DNA of 62,000 nt from Felis catus (Eukaryota): assembly GCF_018350175.1 (NCBI RefSeq), contig NC_058368.1:13454001-13516000 (forward strand). The letters run 5' to 3'. A program made the translations under genes and the position numbers. Position 1 is the stretch's first letter. Each line of letters begins with the position of its first letter. This document shows positions 12,594 through 25,059 of the stretch, in pieces. The notes under the pieces were generated by a model. The model was given only the letters and a program-made list of their open reading frames with translations, had not been told where the DNA came from and did not search any database.

Positions 12594-12807
12594 TTTTTTT
12601 TTTCCAACGTTTATTTATTTTTGGAACAGAGAGAGACAGAGCATGAACGGGGGAGGGGCAGAGAGAGAGGGAGACACAGAATCGGACGCAGGCTCCAAGC
12701 TCTGAGCCATCAGCCCAGAGCCTGACGCGGGGCTCGAACTCACGGACCGCAAGATCATGACCTGGCTGAAGTCGGACGCTTAACCGACTGCGCCACCCAG
12801 GCGCCCG
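12594..12807 (-). mobile_element. Young felid SINE (SINEC_Fc type)
   Basis: CpG-rich, full length; TSD TCTCACAGTT at 12586-12595 and 12808-12817. Confidence 0.97.
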
Positions 12808-13260
12808 TCTCACAGTTCTTAAAATGTTGTTGAAAGACTCTACTGGAGAGGGCCTCGAAACTGGGTTCTGTGACTGGTTACATATCTAAATCTTGCCGAG
12901 TCTTGGTTTCCACACACAGATAGGGGTAAGTAATAATAGCATATGATAAATAGCCCATGATTATTTCAGAGAGCAAGTGATATGTGTGAAAAATCGTGGC
13001 AAATCATGAAATCACTCAAGTTATTATGAAGTGCTGCTATTACAGCTGATGGTTGTGCAACTATCTCCATAGTGCAGCAAAAAGAAACATGGATCCAATC
13101 TGGTTTGTGGATGGCGAAGGGGCTATGCGGTAAGCATTATGAAGAACACAAATTCTTATTGCAGAATGAAGTTTGAAAGTGGAAAACCATTCTCAGGTCC
13201 TTACAAAAGACACTCATCTAGTTTTACACTCTCATGAATATAAAGACTCCCTACTGACTT

Positions 13261-13466
13261 CATTAAAAAAAATTTTTTTTAAATGTTTATTTTTGTGAGA
13301 GAGAGTGTAGGGGAGAGGGGTAGGGAGAGGGGGTAACAGAATCTGAAGCAGGCTCCAGGCTCTGAGCTCTCAGCATAGAGCTGATGTGGGGCTCGAACTC
13401 ATAAACCGTGAAATCATGACCTGAGCCCGAGTCGGATGCTTAACCTCCTGAGCCTCCAGGCGTCCT
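13261..13466 (-). mobile_element. Older felid SINE
   Basis: TSD CCTACTGACTT at 13250-13260 and 13467-13477. Confidence 0.94.
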
Positions 13467-13887
13467 CCTACTGACTTTAAATTCAATTCAAACAATGGCT
13501 TTTTACCACCTGTACAGGAGAGCTGGATGCTAAGGGCATCCACAGGAATCAACACTCAGGGAGGTTCCTCCCACTGCCCGTGTTTTGCCCAAAAACCTCA
13601 CTAGTTTCTTTCTACTTCTTCCTTTAGATACAGTGTCAGCAAAGTTATGAAAGTCAGAGGACACTTAAAAACAAAACCAAAATAAGCACTAATCTGGGAG
13701 AAATTTGGGGTGTGAAGGAATTTTAATGTAAACCAAAGTCTGTATTTTGGTCAGATTTAAGCGGGTTGTCAAGTTCCTCTCCATAGAGAAATGAACAGTC
13801 TGGGGGAGTAATGTTATCTGAAACGCTGCTGAGATTCACGAACTGTGTTTGGCTTGGAAGGGCTTCAAACTATTAAAAATATCTTCC

Positions 13888-13992
13888 AGAGCAGCCTGGC
13901 TGGCCCAGTCTGTCAGGCATGCAACACTTAATCTTGGGGTTGTGAGTTCGAGCCCCACGTTGGGTGTAGAGATGACTTAAAAATAAAATCTT
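13888..13992 (+). mobile_element. Short carnivore SINE lacking the (CT)n body
   Basis: tRNA-like head, B box GAGTTCGAGCCCC, ends GGGTGTAGAGATGACTTAAAAATAAAATCTT. Confidence 0.85.
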
Positions 13993-14009
13993 GGAAACAC
14001 CTTCCATAG

Positions 14010-14847
14010 TGTATCAGTTCTCTAAGGCTGCCATAACAAATTACAACAAAATGGGTGGCTTAAAACAACAAACATTTGTTCTCTCAGAGCTCTGGAGCTG
14101 GAAGTAAGATTGGTAGGCGTTGGTAGGATCGTATTCCCACTGAAGGGTTTAGGGAAGAATCTTGCCTCCTTCCTAGTTTCTGGTGGTTTATGGCAATCCC
14201 TGGCTTGTAGGTGTCTCATTCCATGTCTGCCTCCATGTCCCCATGGCCTCATTCCTTTGCATCTCTGCATCCAAATCTCCCTTCCTCTTCTCTTATGAAG
14301 ATATCAGTCCTCAGTTTTAGGCACTGTGCTAATCCGGGATGAGCTTAACTTGATCACATATTGTTGGTTCAAGAAGCTTTTCAGGTATAATCTGAAATCA
14401 GGCCCCATATCCTGAGGTCAGAGAGAGACCAAAGAAAGAGGCAGGCCACTCCAGACTGCTAGGGCTGGGTTTAATAAGCAAGAGAATTTGTATATGAAGC
14501 TTGCCTTGGGCAGCTGCGAGATGAGATCTCTGTACCCACCCACCAAATCTTAAAAGTTTATACAGAGGCCTTAACATAAACTGTCCAGATGATCTCAACA
14601 CCACATTGCTGTCTCGAGGCTGTGTCCTTGAAACGGCTTCTGGCAGCAGGGAAGCCCAGCAAAATGCACATTTCACAGCCTCTGATCGCCAGGTTCCAGC
14701 TCACGGGTCAACTGGAGGTCATGTTCTCTGGATGGCCTCCCCTAACACATTGGAAAAGACTTATTTCCAAATAAGGCCTCAATCCCAGGTACGAGGGACT
14801 AACACTTGAATGTATCTTTTGAGGGGACATAATTCAAACCCCTGCAC
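14010..14847 (-). mobile_element. MaLR LTR (MLT1B/C-like), split by a younger solo LTR
   Basis: GGCTGCCATAACAAATTAC..GGGTGGCTTAAAACAACA start; TATTTCCAAATAAGG..GGGGACATAATTCAAACCC end. Confidence 0.85.
14362..14747 (-). mobile_element. ERV solo LTR (probably a carnivore ERV1-class LTR) nested in MLT1
   Basis: TGTTGG...CCTAACA termini; minus-strand TATAAA (~14557-14562) and ATTAAA (~14470-14475); interrupts the MLT1 colinearly; TSD imperfect. Confidence 0.7.
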
Positions 14848-15023
14848 CTAGTAAAAGAAGGATTTCATTCAAGCCTGAAATATTGGAGGAGTAATAGATA
14901 AAACAAAGTGAATTAAGAATTAGGGATTAAAGTACTAAATCAGACCTCTGTGTGTTTGTTGAAAACTGGCTTTAATCTAAGCATGTAATCTTTTAGAAAA
15001 GTAGTATATGCCGTTCACCTTTA

Positions 15024-15236
15024 ATTTTTTTTAGTGTTTATTTATTTTGGAGAGACAGAGAGACACAGAACACGAGTGGGGAAGGAGCAGAGAGAGAGGG
15101 AGACACAGAATCCCAAGCAGGCTCCAGGCTCTGAGCTGTCAGCAAAGAGCCCGACGCGGGGCTAGAACTCACAAACGGGGAGATAATGACTTGAGCCGAA
15201 GTCGGCGTTTAGCCGCTGGAGCCACCCAGGCGCCCC
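15024..15236 (-). mobile_element. Felid SINE
   Basis: Full length; flanking TTCACCTTTA duplication. Confidence 0.95.
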
Positions 15237-15269
15237 TCTACTATTCACCTTTATATGCACAGCAAATAT

Positions 15270-15990
15270 TTAAAAGTTGAGAGAAAACATTAGACATGAA
15301 CAAAATAACAGTTGAAATAAGTGATACAATAAATGAGTTTGAGAGTCACATAAATTCCATGAAAAAAAAAAAAGAATATTGCATCAGAATGTACAGTACT
15401 ATCCCCAAAATCACAAGAAAATGATAAAGAGCTAAAACAAAACGGGAAGCTAGGAGATATAGAATATAGAAACAAAAGTGTCAATATCCACAAGATAGAT
15501 TCCTTAAAGGAAAGAAAAATAAAAAGATTGCAGGAAATATCTGACAAATAATGAAAGTAAATTTCCTAGACTCAAAGGAAGATGAAAAACATCAGGTTGA
15601 AAGGGTTTATCTAGTGCCAAACAGGAAAAAAACAACTTGTGGAAACATTATGGCGAAGTTTAAGCATATCAAAGACAAAGACGGGCGCCTGGGTGGTGTA
15701 GTGGGTTAAGCCCCACCCCCACCCCAATTTTTGATCTCGACTCAGGTCATGATCTCACAGTTCATGACCTTAAGCCCCACATCTGGCTCTGCCCACTTGG
15801 CATTCTGTCTCTCTTTCTCCCTGTCCCTCCCCGGCTCTGTGGGCTCTCTCTCTCTCTGTTTCAAAATAAATAAATAAACTTAAAAAAAAAAAAAAGAATA
15901 TCAAAGACAAAGAGGAAATTCAAAAATATTTCAGAGAGAAATAGAGGACCAACAAGGAAATGAGAATAACCGATGGACATCAAACTTCCA
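15270..15990 (+). mobile_element. Ancient L1/HAL1 ORF1 fragment
   Basis: A-rich; degenerate ORF1 motifs (NFLDSKED..HQVERV, HIMAKF.HIKDKEEI, TSNF). Confidence 0.65.
15682..15897 (+). mobile_element. Carnivore SINE
   Basis: TSD ATATCAAAGACAAAGA on both sides; (CT)n and A tail. Confidence 0.93.
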
Positions 15991-16601
15991 CTCCTAATTT
16001 AGATTTCTTCTATTTTAAATGTTAGAATTTAACGGAGAAAATAAGAGACCCACAAATGTTGAGGTATCTGGAAAGCTCAGAGCAAATTCTGCTGATAAAA
16101 GACACTCTCAATTCTATTTTTTTATCTTGAAACATGTAAATATTTTAGCCAAAGTACTTTCACACATTCTGTCTTTTTGTTCCATCCAAAAGGCCTTTCT
16201 CTGATATTTTTATAAAACAGAATTTTATTCTTTTCAATGTTTTGCCAGGCATACGGCTACAAAACCATAGTCATCTTCAATTCTATTGCATTGTGGCCTA
16301 GAATATAAATTTATCCAATTAAAGACAGGAATGCTAACAAAAAAATCTTCGTGTAAGTCAAGAAATTCAAAACAACCGTGTTTAACTTGAAATGGTTTAC
16401 TTTGAAAATTGAAACATTTTTCATCTTCCATTGTTTGATACATGCAGTTCTTCCTCTGCTTCTGTGGTAATAATTTTAACCATCCTCTTGTTTCTGATCC
16501 ATGTTTTCAACAATTGCAATTAGCCAAAAGTCTCAAAAGATTAATTTTTTTTCAGTATTTGGTATGTTAAATGCTTTGATCAAAGGTTGCCGAGTTATTA
16601 G

Positions 16602-16782
16602 GAAAAAAAAATTAATGTTTATTTTTGAGAGAGAGAGAGAGCACAAATGGGGGAGGGGCAGAGAGCGAGGGAAACAGAAAATCCGAAGCAGGCTCCACAC
16701 TGTCAGAGCAAAGCCCGGCATGGGGCACGAACCGGTGAACCAAGAATTGGATGCTCAGCCGCCTGAGCCACCCAGGCACCCC
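16602..16782 (-). mobile_element. Older felid SINE (internally shortened)
   Basis: (GA)n tract, GAAGCAGGCTCC, ends GAGCCACCCAGGCACCCC. Confidence 0.92.
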
Positions 16783-16807
16783 CGAAGTAATTTTGAACAA
16801 AATAGAA

Positions 16808-16845
16808 GGTTTTGTTTTGTTTTGTTTTGTTTTTCTTTTTGTTTT
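16808..16845. repeat. (GTTTT)n simple repeat
   Basis: Direct inspection. Confidence 0.85.
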
Positions 16846-16976
16846 CGATTCTGGGGGCACACGGAGGTTGTAATAAGTTTATAAAGTAGTTCTTCAAATT
16901 CAACATTTCTGCAATTGAACTGATGATGGGCACTAGGGAGAGAAAGCACGCGCCATCACGTTAAAGTGCCTCTCCT

Positions 16977-17201
16977 GGGGCTCCTGGGTGGCTCAGTCGG
17001 TTAAGCTTCCGACTTCAGCCAGGTCACGATCTCGCGGTCCGTGAGTTCGAGCCCCGCGTCAGGCTCTGGGCTGATGGCTCGGAGCCTGGAGCCTGTTTCC
17101 GATTCTGTGTCTTCCTCTCTCTCTGCCCCTCCCTCGTTCATGCTCTGTCTCTCTCTGTCCCAAAAATAAATAAAAACGTTGAAAAAAAATTAAAAAAAAA
17201 A
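16977..17201 (+). mobile_element. Young felid SINE (SINEC_Fc type)
   Basis: Perfect TSD AAAGTGCCTCTCCT at 16963-16976 and 17202-17215. Confidence 0.97.
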
Positions 17202-20200
17202 AAAGTGCCTCTCCTAAATTCAACATTAGCTTCTTCACAAATATGTTGTAGCTCATTTATTCTACCCATGTAATATATACAAATTTTCGTAAATTTTGAC
17301 AAGTCTTGATTTCAACTTCGATCGGTAGGGTATCAAAGATTATACTGGTTTCTGTGAGTTGTGTATGCATTACAATCAATCAATTCCAAATACGATTCAT
17401 CTCGATCAGTCTCTTAATTTAGTAAGTTTTTTTCTTTATATCATGATATAGCACTACACCAACATTTATATTCAAATAATTTTATCTCCAATGTTGAAAA
17501 TTTTAACCAAACTTAGAATAAATTTTTAAAATTTATGATAAAATTTGCAATAATTGCAGATATTTCAACTTATTTTTAATGAATATTTGAAGCTTTATTT
17601 TGATTACATAAATTGAAAATATTGACCTATGATTGGAATTAATTTGACTGATTTTTCTATTTGAGACATGTAATGACACTGATGTAAAAGTCGTATCCTT
17701 CGATTGTTTGCCAAATTCTTCTAATAACAGGTCCAACTTAACTAACAGCTATCTTTCACTTTTCATGCCTGCACAGGAAACCACTGGGTCTAAACTGTGT
17801 AAAATAAATTTAGAAGAGCAACCATTTGATCTAAATGAATAATCATGTAATAAAAATAAAAGCACACGTCCTGCTACTACTCATGTTAAGTTGTCATCCT
17901 TGGGCATTTCTTTTTAATAACTACCAATTTTTGAAGTGTACATTGTTGTTCTGTAGCAGATTTGTGTCTTCCCGTTCTCTTGCAGTTAGTGATAATCATG
18001 ACAACACTCATAATGGATGATAAATGTTTACAAATATTTTGTGCAAATCACACAGTTATTATCACTTTCTTGGGAAACAGAAAATCAGTACTTAATTTTA
18101 ACTAAACACGGACTTTCATTTCTCATTTAGCTTGTTGCTGTCAAAAAGGTTTACTGGGGGAAAAATATATTATGAAATAAGAAGAAACAGTTATAGAAGT
18201 ATGCCTTAAAATTATTGACAAAACCAGCAAAGCAAGGGTGTTCAGATTGTTATTGATATACCCTACTGCACAACTTCAGCCTTTATTTCCCTGACATATT
18301 TCATGAACACCTAAATTATAATTTCCCATGTTTCCAATGGACTCCAACTGACTCTACCAACTGGCTGCTGACTTGTGTCTTCATGCATCTCACAGGCCAC
18401 AGCATACCTTGCTTCTCCCACCACCATCCACGCCATTACCAATGTCCAGAACACTTCATTTTCTCAGTAAGAGCCCCACTTGCGGTTTGCAAAAGGGAGG
18501 GGTTAATTGAGTACATCTGGAAAGGATTGAGAAAGAACATGGATCATGTTCCCAATTTAACAGTGTGTTAAAGTGAGAATTCTGTTCACTGCATATACAT
18601 CCCACACGCTACAAGAAGACACCAGCTGGAAAGACACAGTGAAGGTTTATCAAACCCATCCAGCTTTATTCTAATACAACTATAACTAGTAATACCATAT
18701 TTGAAAATGATAAATTCATAGTGAATGCTAGACAGAAGGCAGGGCACCAGATTCCAACGTGTGATTATAGGATGTCTAGTCACCCTGTTTAAGGTTTATA
18801 TAATGATTTAGTACTAAAGACGCCAAAAAGGCTTCCAGATTTTACATATAATTGAACAATAAAGCTATTAATACCATGGCCTATTCCTGATGGAAAATGA
18901 GAGGAGTTCCAGTTGCCCCCTGATTGCATCTTATTTTATTGCAGGAAAAGTTTGAAAAAAGAAGTCGCAGTTACTTAAAAACTACAAACTCAGAAATGGC
19001 AAATCTCAGAATGCCAAGAACTAATTTTAAAATAATCTTTTGAAATAAAAGAACCCTTATTTTAGGATAGCAGGTTGAGAACAGAAGTATTAACCATCTA
19101 GTAGTTTTAGTTATCCAAAATTAGACATGTTTCAGATTGGCTATAGGTTTTGTTAAAAATGGGGCTGGAGATTTTCTGCATAACTCAAGGTTCATACGGG
19201 GAGATAGATCTGGAGTACAAAGATCCTTTTTGCCAGTTCCTCTCCAAAATGTTACAGTTGCAGTTACCCAGCAGCTTTTATGATCCAAAACATCATAGTT
19301 CTTCATTTAAAATTTTTTAAGTCAGTATCGTGAGCATGCAGGACACAACACGTACCATTATTACAACACTAAATCTATTCACTAGCTTAAGGTAAAAGAG
19401 AACAAAAGTGAGTTTACTGAAATTAAGAATTGATGTGTTTTTAAACGGAGCCCATTTTGAGGTCATCAGATTTGTTGCTATGTCTCTTGTTACATGGGTT
19501 TCAGGGAACAGCACATATCCATGAATGCCCGAGGCCATGTAAAGCTCAGACAACAGTAGTTTCTCCTGGATCCTTAAAATTTTTATTTCTTTTTGAGCAA
19601 TCCTTTATTTCTTGCTTGATTTCATTATTCAAAGGGCCCTCTTTAGGTTAAAGTGATCTATTTCCCAAGAGCTGTGTAGTAGCAACTAAAAAACATAAAT
19701 AAACTTGAGTCAAGGAATAATGGGTTTTCTACTGTTGAGGTTCAGCATGACTCCAAAGATCCTGTTTTCTTACTCAGAAGCCATTCTTCACCAAATTATC
19801 ACATGTCTTTGCTACATGTTTTAGATGCCATAAATTTTACAAAGCGCTATGTGGTACTATAGGGATTCCATCCTGTGACCCAAAGCATCAGTCTGTGAGC
19901 TCATCGTCAAAACTATGGAGAGAAGCAGTGGGGTTGAATGTATGACCTCATCCTCCCAGTTTCCAAACTTGACGCCAGCCAGATACATGCAAAATGATGT
20001 CAGAAATAAAGTTTGCACTTGGGGCCTAAGTGACCTATTTCCTTTTCTTTCCTTTTCCCACTCAGCCATTTTAATGTTTTTCCAGAAATGTTTGTGAAGT
20101 CTTCTGCAGTGAGAGCTTGCTTCTGCCCTGAGTGGAAATATATCAAACTCTGCTGATACCTCTGGAAGTGACATATTTGAAAGACACTCCTTTACTCTTT

Positions 20201-21136
20201 ATTCATGCTCCTTACTAATACACTTTAATGGCTTAGAAGAGGAAGAATAGGCACTCACTGGCTTCTCCTCTGTTATGTGTAATGAATCTCTCTATGGCTG
20301 TGGTGAGCCATTAGAAGGACCTCACACAAAGTTTTAGGCCTTTTCCAGAGCAGCCAGATCTCCTGTGCAAAGAACCAGAGAAACAATAGCCCTCAATGCG
20401 TGACCAAGAAAAGATGCTGAAAAATAGAGGGAGTGTTCTGACTAAGGCATGCCAAGTTCTCTAATACCACTCACTTGACTGGTAGACTTTACCCTTTCTC
20501 TAAGTACCTAGACCAGTGGTGGGCAGCTGAATGCGGCCCCCCTTCCCCTCCGTCCAGACATAAACATATCACAGGAGGCGCCTTGGAAGAATGGAGGGGG
20601 TCTCTAGGAGCATGTGCAGCCCCTATCCTGCTGAGCCAGAGAAAGGAAAATTACACTCCTCAGAAATAGGAAGCACGCTCGCCCACCTCACATTGGCTTG
20701 CTTTTGTTGTACTAACACGGGAAGTGCCTCTGAAAGCAAAATGATTTACAAACGAAGTACAATACTTCTCCCCAATATAATCTTTGACACCTAACTCATG
20801 AGTGGACCCTACTTGACTTTTTGGAAACTGTACTGTCAAACATGATAGAACATCAAAGGCAGTTATAAATATCCCACAGGCCTTGAACAAAATCACGTGG
20901 AACTCCAAATGCCATTAATCTTTAAAGAGCAAACTGCCCAGCAATTTGCTTTAGAAGCCTGATGTTAGCACTCCAACAGTTCAGCCTGAACAGAAAGTTG
21001 TGAATTGCCGAAGTCACGGATATCAGTTTTGAACAAGATGGTCCTGGGGCATGGGGAAAAAAGACGACCCAAAACTATGAGAGACACTGATGTGCTTACA
21101 GCAATGGAGGAGAAGGCAGAAAGGAATTGAAATTTT

Positions 21137-21348
21137 AAAAAAGTTGTTTTTTTGTTAATGTTTTATTTTTGAGAGAGAGAGAGAGAGAGCATGGCCAGGA
21201 AGGGCAGAGAGAGGGAGACACAGAATCTGAAGCAGGCTCCAGGCTCTGAGCTGTCAGCACAGAGCCCAACGCGGGGCTCGAACTCACAAACCATGAGATC
21301 ATGACCTGAGCCGAAGTCGGATGCTTAACTGACTCTCTCAGGCGCCCA
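21137..21348 (-). mobile_element. Older felid SINE
   Basis: Full reverse SINE; degenerate TSD GGAATTGAAATTT / GGCAGTGAAATTT. Confidence 0.95.
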
Positions 21349-21559
21349 GGCAGTGAAATTTCAAACCACGGTCTTGAGTATCTAATTACTGAGTTGACTT
21401 CCCAGCATAGGTCTTGTCATTCTGCAAGGCACTGTGCTCTGGGGGCCTCTGAAGGAAAGGAAGGAAATCAACTTCTACCGAGGATAAGCCATTGGACAAG
21501 CCTTCAACATCAACTTGCTCTTTCATCCCCGCGATAATTTTATGAAGTTCATTAGATGC

Positions 21560-22299
21560 ACTCACAACATCTTCACTCACCGGACATTGAAATGACTGAT
21601 TTTCTTCAGCCTCTCCATGTGCCAAGGGATGTCTGCAGCCAGCGGGGAGGCTGTTCTGTGCGCTCACTGGCTTCTGCTCTCACCATTTGAGTTGTTTGCC
21701 TGCCAAACACCAGTTGCATCACCTTTCAAACCGCTTGCAATTATAATTAGGTAATCTAATGCGATAGTTAACATATCAGTGAAAAAGTGAAAATGAAAGA
21801 AAGCTGTGGTTTCTATGAAAACGGAGTTGAGTGACCTAAAAGGACTTGTTTTAAAGGCAAGTCAGCTAAAACAAACAAACGAAAAGCTGTAATCAAATTT
21901 GTCACGGGCCACACTCTTGTAAAAAAGTAAAAAAATAAACAAAGGGTGGAGATAATGTGAGTGGGAATAAAGATCTGGAATGATTGTTTACTTAAACTGA
22001 AGTGTAAGTCTTCAATCCCTTTAATAACAAAAATACAAGAGAGGTGACAATTCATCACAGGCGTCACTTTTGCAAGAAAGGAAGGACTCCAGCTTTATTC
22101 AGAAAAATGCTTCAACCCTGCACCAAAATGTTGGGTAATAAATGCACTCTCCTGTATTTTAAAAAAAATTGCCAGTATAATGCCTATCATTGCTCAAAAC
22201 TGCACACCTGAGCTGTTTTGTTTGTTTGTTTGTTTGCTTGATTTTTATTAACCGACCAAGTACTGGCCCTAATTGTGTCACGTATGAGGACTGTCACTA
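21560..22299 (+). mobile_element. Tigger13a-like TcMar DNA transposon
   Basis: CAGCCAGCGG..GCTGTTCTGTGCGCTCACTGGCTTCTGCTCTCACCA, GTTTCTATGAAAAC and terminal TTAACCGACCAA match recalled consensus. Confidence 0.8.
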
Positions 22300-22307
22300 A
22301 ATTCTGA

Positions 22308-22415
22308 CCCCATATTATAGACGAAGAAACTAAGGATCAGAAAGAATAAGTTGATTTCTCAAAAAGCCACAGCTGATGAACGGCTAGAGCACTAGACTTG
22401 TCTTTCTGCTATATC
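22308..22415 (-). mobile_element. MIR fragment
   Basis: CCCATATTATAGACGAAGAAACTAAGG core. Confidence 0.65.
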
Positions 22416-23709
22416 TAACATGGAATTAGTTGATTCTGTGGTTACACCTTTCAAATCCCTATTTATTCTTTCCTTGTCATTTCACCCTGTGTTTCTGTCC
22501 TTCTGTGAACCAGCTCAGAGTCTTGCAGGCTTCCTACAGCCTATGAGGTCAGATGGCCTCCCATCAAGCGCTGAGGAAGCATCAGCACAGAGTGCCTCAG
22601 CTGAGGCTCCCCCTGGGATTCCTCCTGAGCCCCGGGTCCTGGAATCTGCCCTCCTCCCCAGCCTCTCCGGCTGACCTCTTGGGGCAGACTTACTGAGCTC
22701 TAGTTGGATCACTCTGACCTCACGCTCTGTAGCTGGTACTACTCCTCCCAGACCTTGAATGTGACCTGGCATCCTGGAACCTCTGCCTGGGTCTGGTGCC
22801 TCCAACTTCCACTTGTCTCAGAGGGCATATTAGGCACCCATCATTTCTTCTCGTCCAGATGACTCCTTGTGACCATTTGCTCTAATTTCAAGGAGGTCAT
22901 GTTTTCCTACATCCTGGTAAGAAACCAAAGTAGAAAAATTTCAGTTTAATTCCAGAGTCACACTGGTAATCTGAATCTTCAGAATCTTAGTCCCATCTCT
23001 AAATATTTTCATAGCCTCCTTCTTAATCTTGTCTGTCGCTGGGCCCTGGAGAAAGCTTTCCATCCCCTGTGAAGATGCAAAGTGATCAGCCACAAGGCTT
23101 TTCTTCACCCTCGTCTTGACTCCCTGTTCTTACTGCCTCTGGAATTAAGGCATTCTCAGTCAAGACCTAAAGAGAGGACTTGTACTTCAGGCAATTTGAT
23201 TAATGTGAATTCACAGCAAAGATGAGTGTTCTCTAGAGCTCTACACATCCCTCACTGAACTCTTTTCCACCAATCCACCACTCTGAGGGGAGAAATAATT
23301 GTAGCTAAGCAGAACTGAGCAGCTTTTTTACTTTCTTCAAAGAAGAATTTTGAGTATGATGTCAAACAATGGAATGTCAGGGGTTTATTCATTTCTTTGG
23401 GGGGGGGGAGCATCAATAAGCAGCTAAAACAGGGATTCATAATGGATGGCCCAGCTTACCCCTAATATTTCACTGCTCCACATTGTCATGACACAGCTGT
23501 ACTGAACAGTGTGAAATCATCAGAAATAATGAGTTGTCTGTGAAAATGTTGCAGGCTGAAATCCTAATGAGCTATTTAGGCTGAGAAGCTTAAATATTTT
23601 CATTACTATAGTAGGAGCTTATACAAATGAATTTATGGATATAAATATGATTTAAAAACTAGAAAATGGTAAAATGAATGCTAAGTGAAGCTTCCTCTTC
23701 CATGTATTG

Positions 23710-23983
23710 GCCCAATTTGAGTTGTCATACCAAAACCCAGACCTCTGCCCCATATCCCTCGACGAAAAAATAACTTCAGCCATTGCCAAGGGAATTTGCT
23801 TCTACTGACTTCATATCAATGATAAGTGATCTCTAGGTTCTCAAGAAAATATTCTGGAAGACAGAGCATGTTTTCATTTGGGATGAACCTGGGCTCATAA
23901 GAGGGGGGGGGGGGACTCTTGTGTTGAGCTGTTATACTCTGAGTCTCTTTCTCACAGCAATTTAGCCTACCCTACCTAATACA
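23710..23983 (+). mobile_element. Old MaLR LTR fragment (MLT1J/K-like)
   Basis: Ends CACAGCAATTTAGCCTACCCTACCTAATACA. Confidence 0.55.
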
Positions 23984-25059
23984 TATGTTAATAGTATGGA
24001 CGGGGAGGGAAAGATCTGGGATGGTAAGCTGGATGAGGTGCAACAGTCTAGGCAACCCTTCTACTGTTGACTACTATCACCCGCCATGACACTGCTCCTC
24101 CCAGCCCCAGCCAAGCCTGGGGAATGGAACTGGAGAGGCCAAAGGAACAAGTTCCTCCAGCTCTGGGTGAGCTGCTAGAAGGTTTGGATCCCAAAGCCTT
24201 TTGGGGGGCCTTTCCCAAATCTTTGACTCTAGCCAAATAATCACTTGAATTAGTTTGGACCAAACTGGGATTTTCTAGTGCCTCAAATGTATCATAAAAG
24301 CCAGAAGTTTCATAACTAATCCACTTACCTATGGAGTTTCTAGTGATTCCTGTAGCAACAGAGGCACCAGGTGCTTAGGGAAGGTTATTTAAATAAAGGA
24401 GTTTCACCAGAGGCTGCCAGGGTTAACCCGTGGAGCAAGCACTTTGTTTTACACGAACATGTTTCTCCTTTCTTACTGGTGACTGTAGAAAGAACAGATG
24501 TGTGATATTTAGGTGTGGTGATAAACACCTATGGTGCAGATAAGAACATTTGCATCCTAAATGCAAACTTAGAGTTAGCAAAGGGAAGGCAAAATAAATA
24601 AACAATGACCCACCAAAGATTTTAGATACCTACTGTATGTCAGAGAGAGCACTAAAACTATCATGTTAAATCAAGACCATTAAACACACTTAAAATATCA
24701 CAAACATTTAGGAATGATGTCCTGAAAATAACACATAACTTCACTCGGCCTTTTCAAAAACTTTTAAGTGCATCTGTTAGATCATGTCAGAGTTCAGATT
24801 TTCTGATATAATAGACTCCTGAACACTGTCTGAGACACCTAGGGAGATAATTGGAGAACTCAGTAATGTTTGTTATGTCTTTGCAAATCTTTGTGATTCT
24901 CAGATATCATAATGAGGATAGAAGTGTGGAAAATGCTTTCTTTTTTCTATGCCTTAGAAAAGAAAATGGTGGATGCCCACTTAACCACAAACAGAGATGT
25001 CAGTCATAATTTAATATCAACTTTCTTGGCTCCTCAGGTTATGCCGACAAAAGATAGTG

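Larger units (their letters stand above)
15995..18130 (-). mobile_element. hAT-Blackjack DNA transposon; near full-length disrupted transposase, with two SINE insertions
   Basis: Minus-strand pieces in order: ATG ~18126, BED-finger-like region, HDYSFRSNGCSSK, FTSVSLHVSNRK/SVKLIPII, LKNYFIN, FLDLHEDFFVSIPVFNWINLYS, AEFALSFPDTS (hAT C-terminal dimerisation region); matches recalled Blackjack transposase. Confidence 0.85.

Noticed and set aside
16234..16443. Protein-like AT-rich ORF as an endogenous non-retroviral virus element
   Set aside because: Better explained as part of the Blackjack transposase
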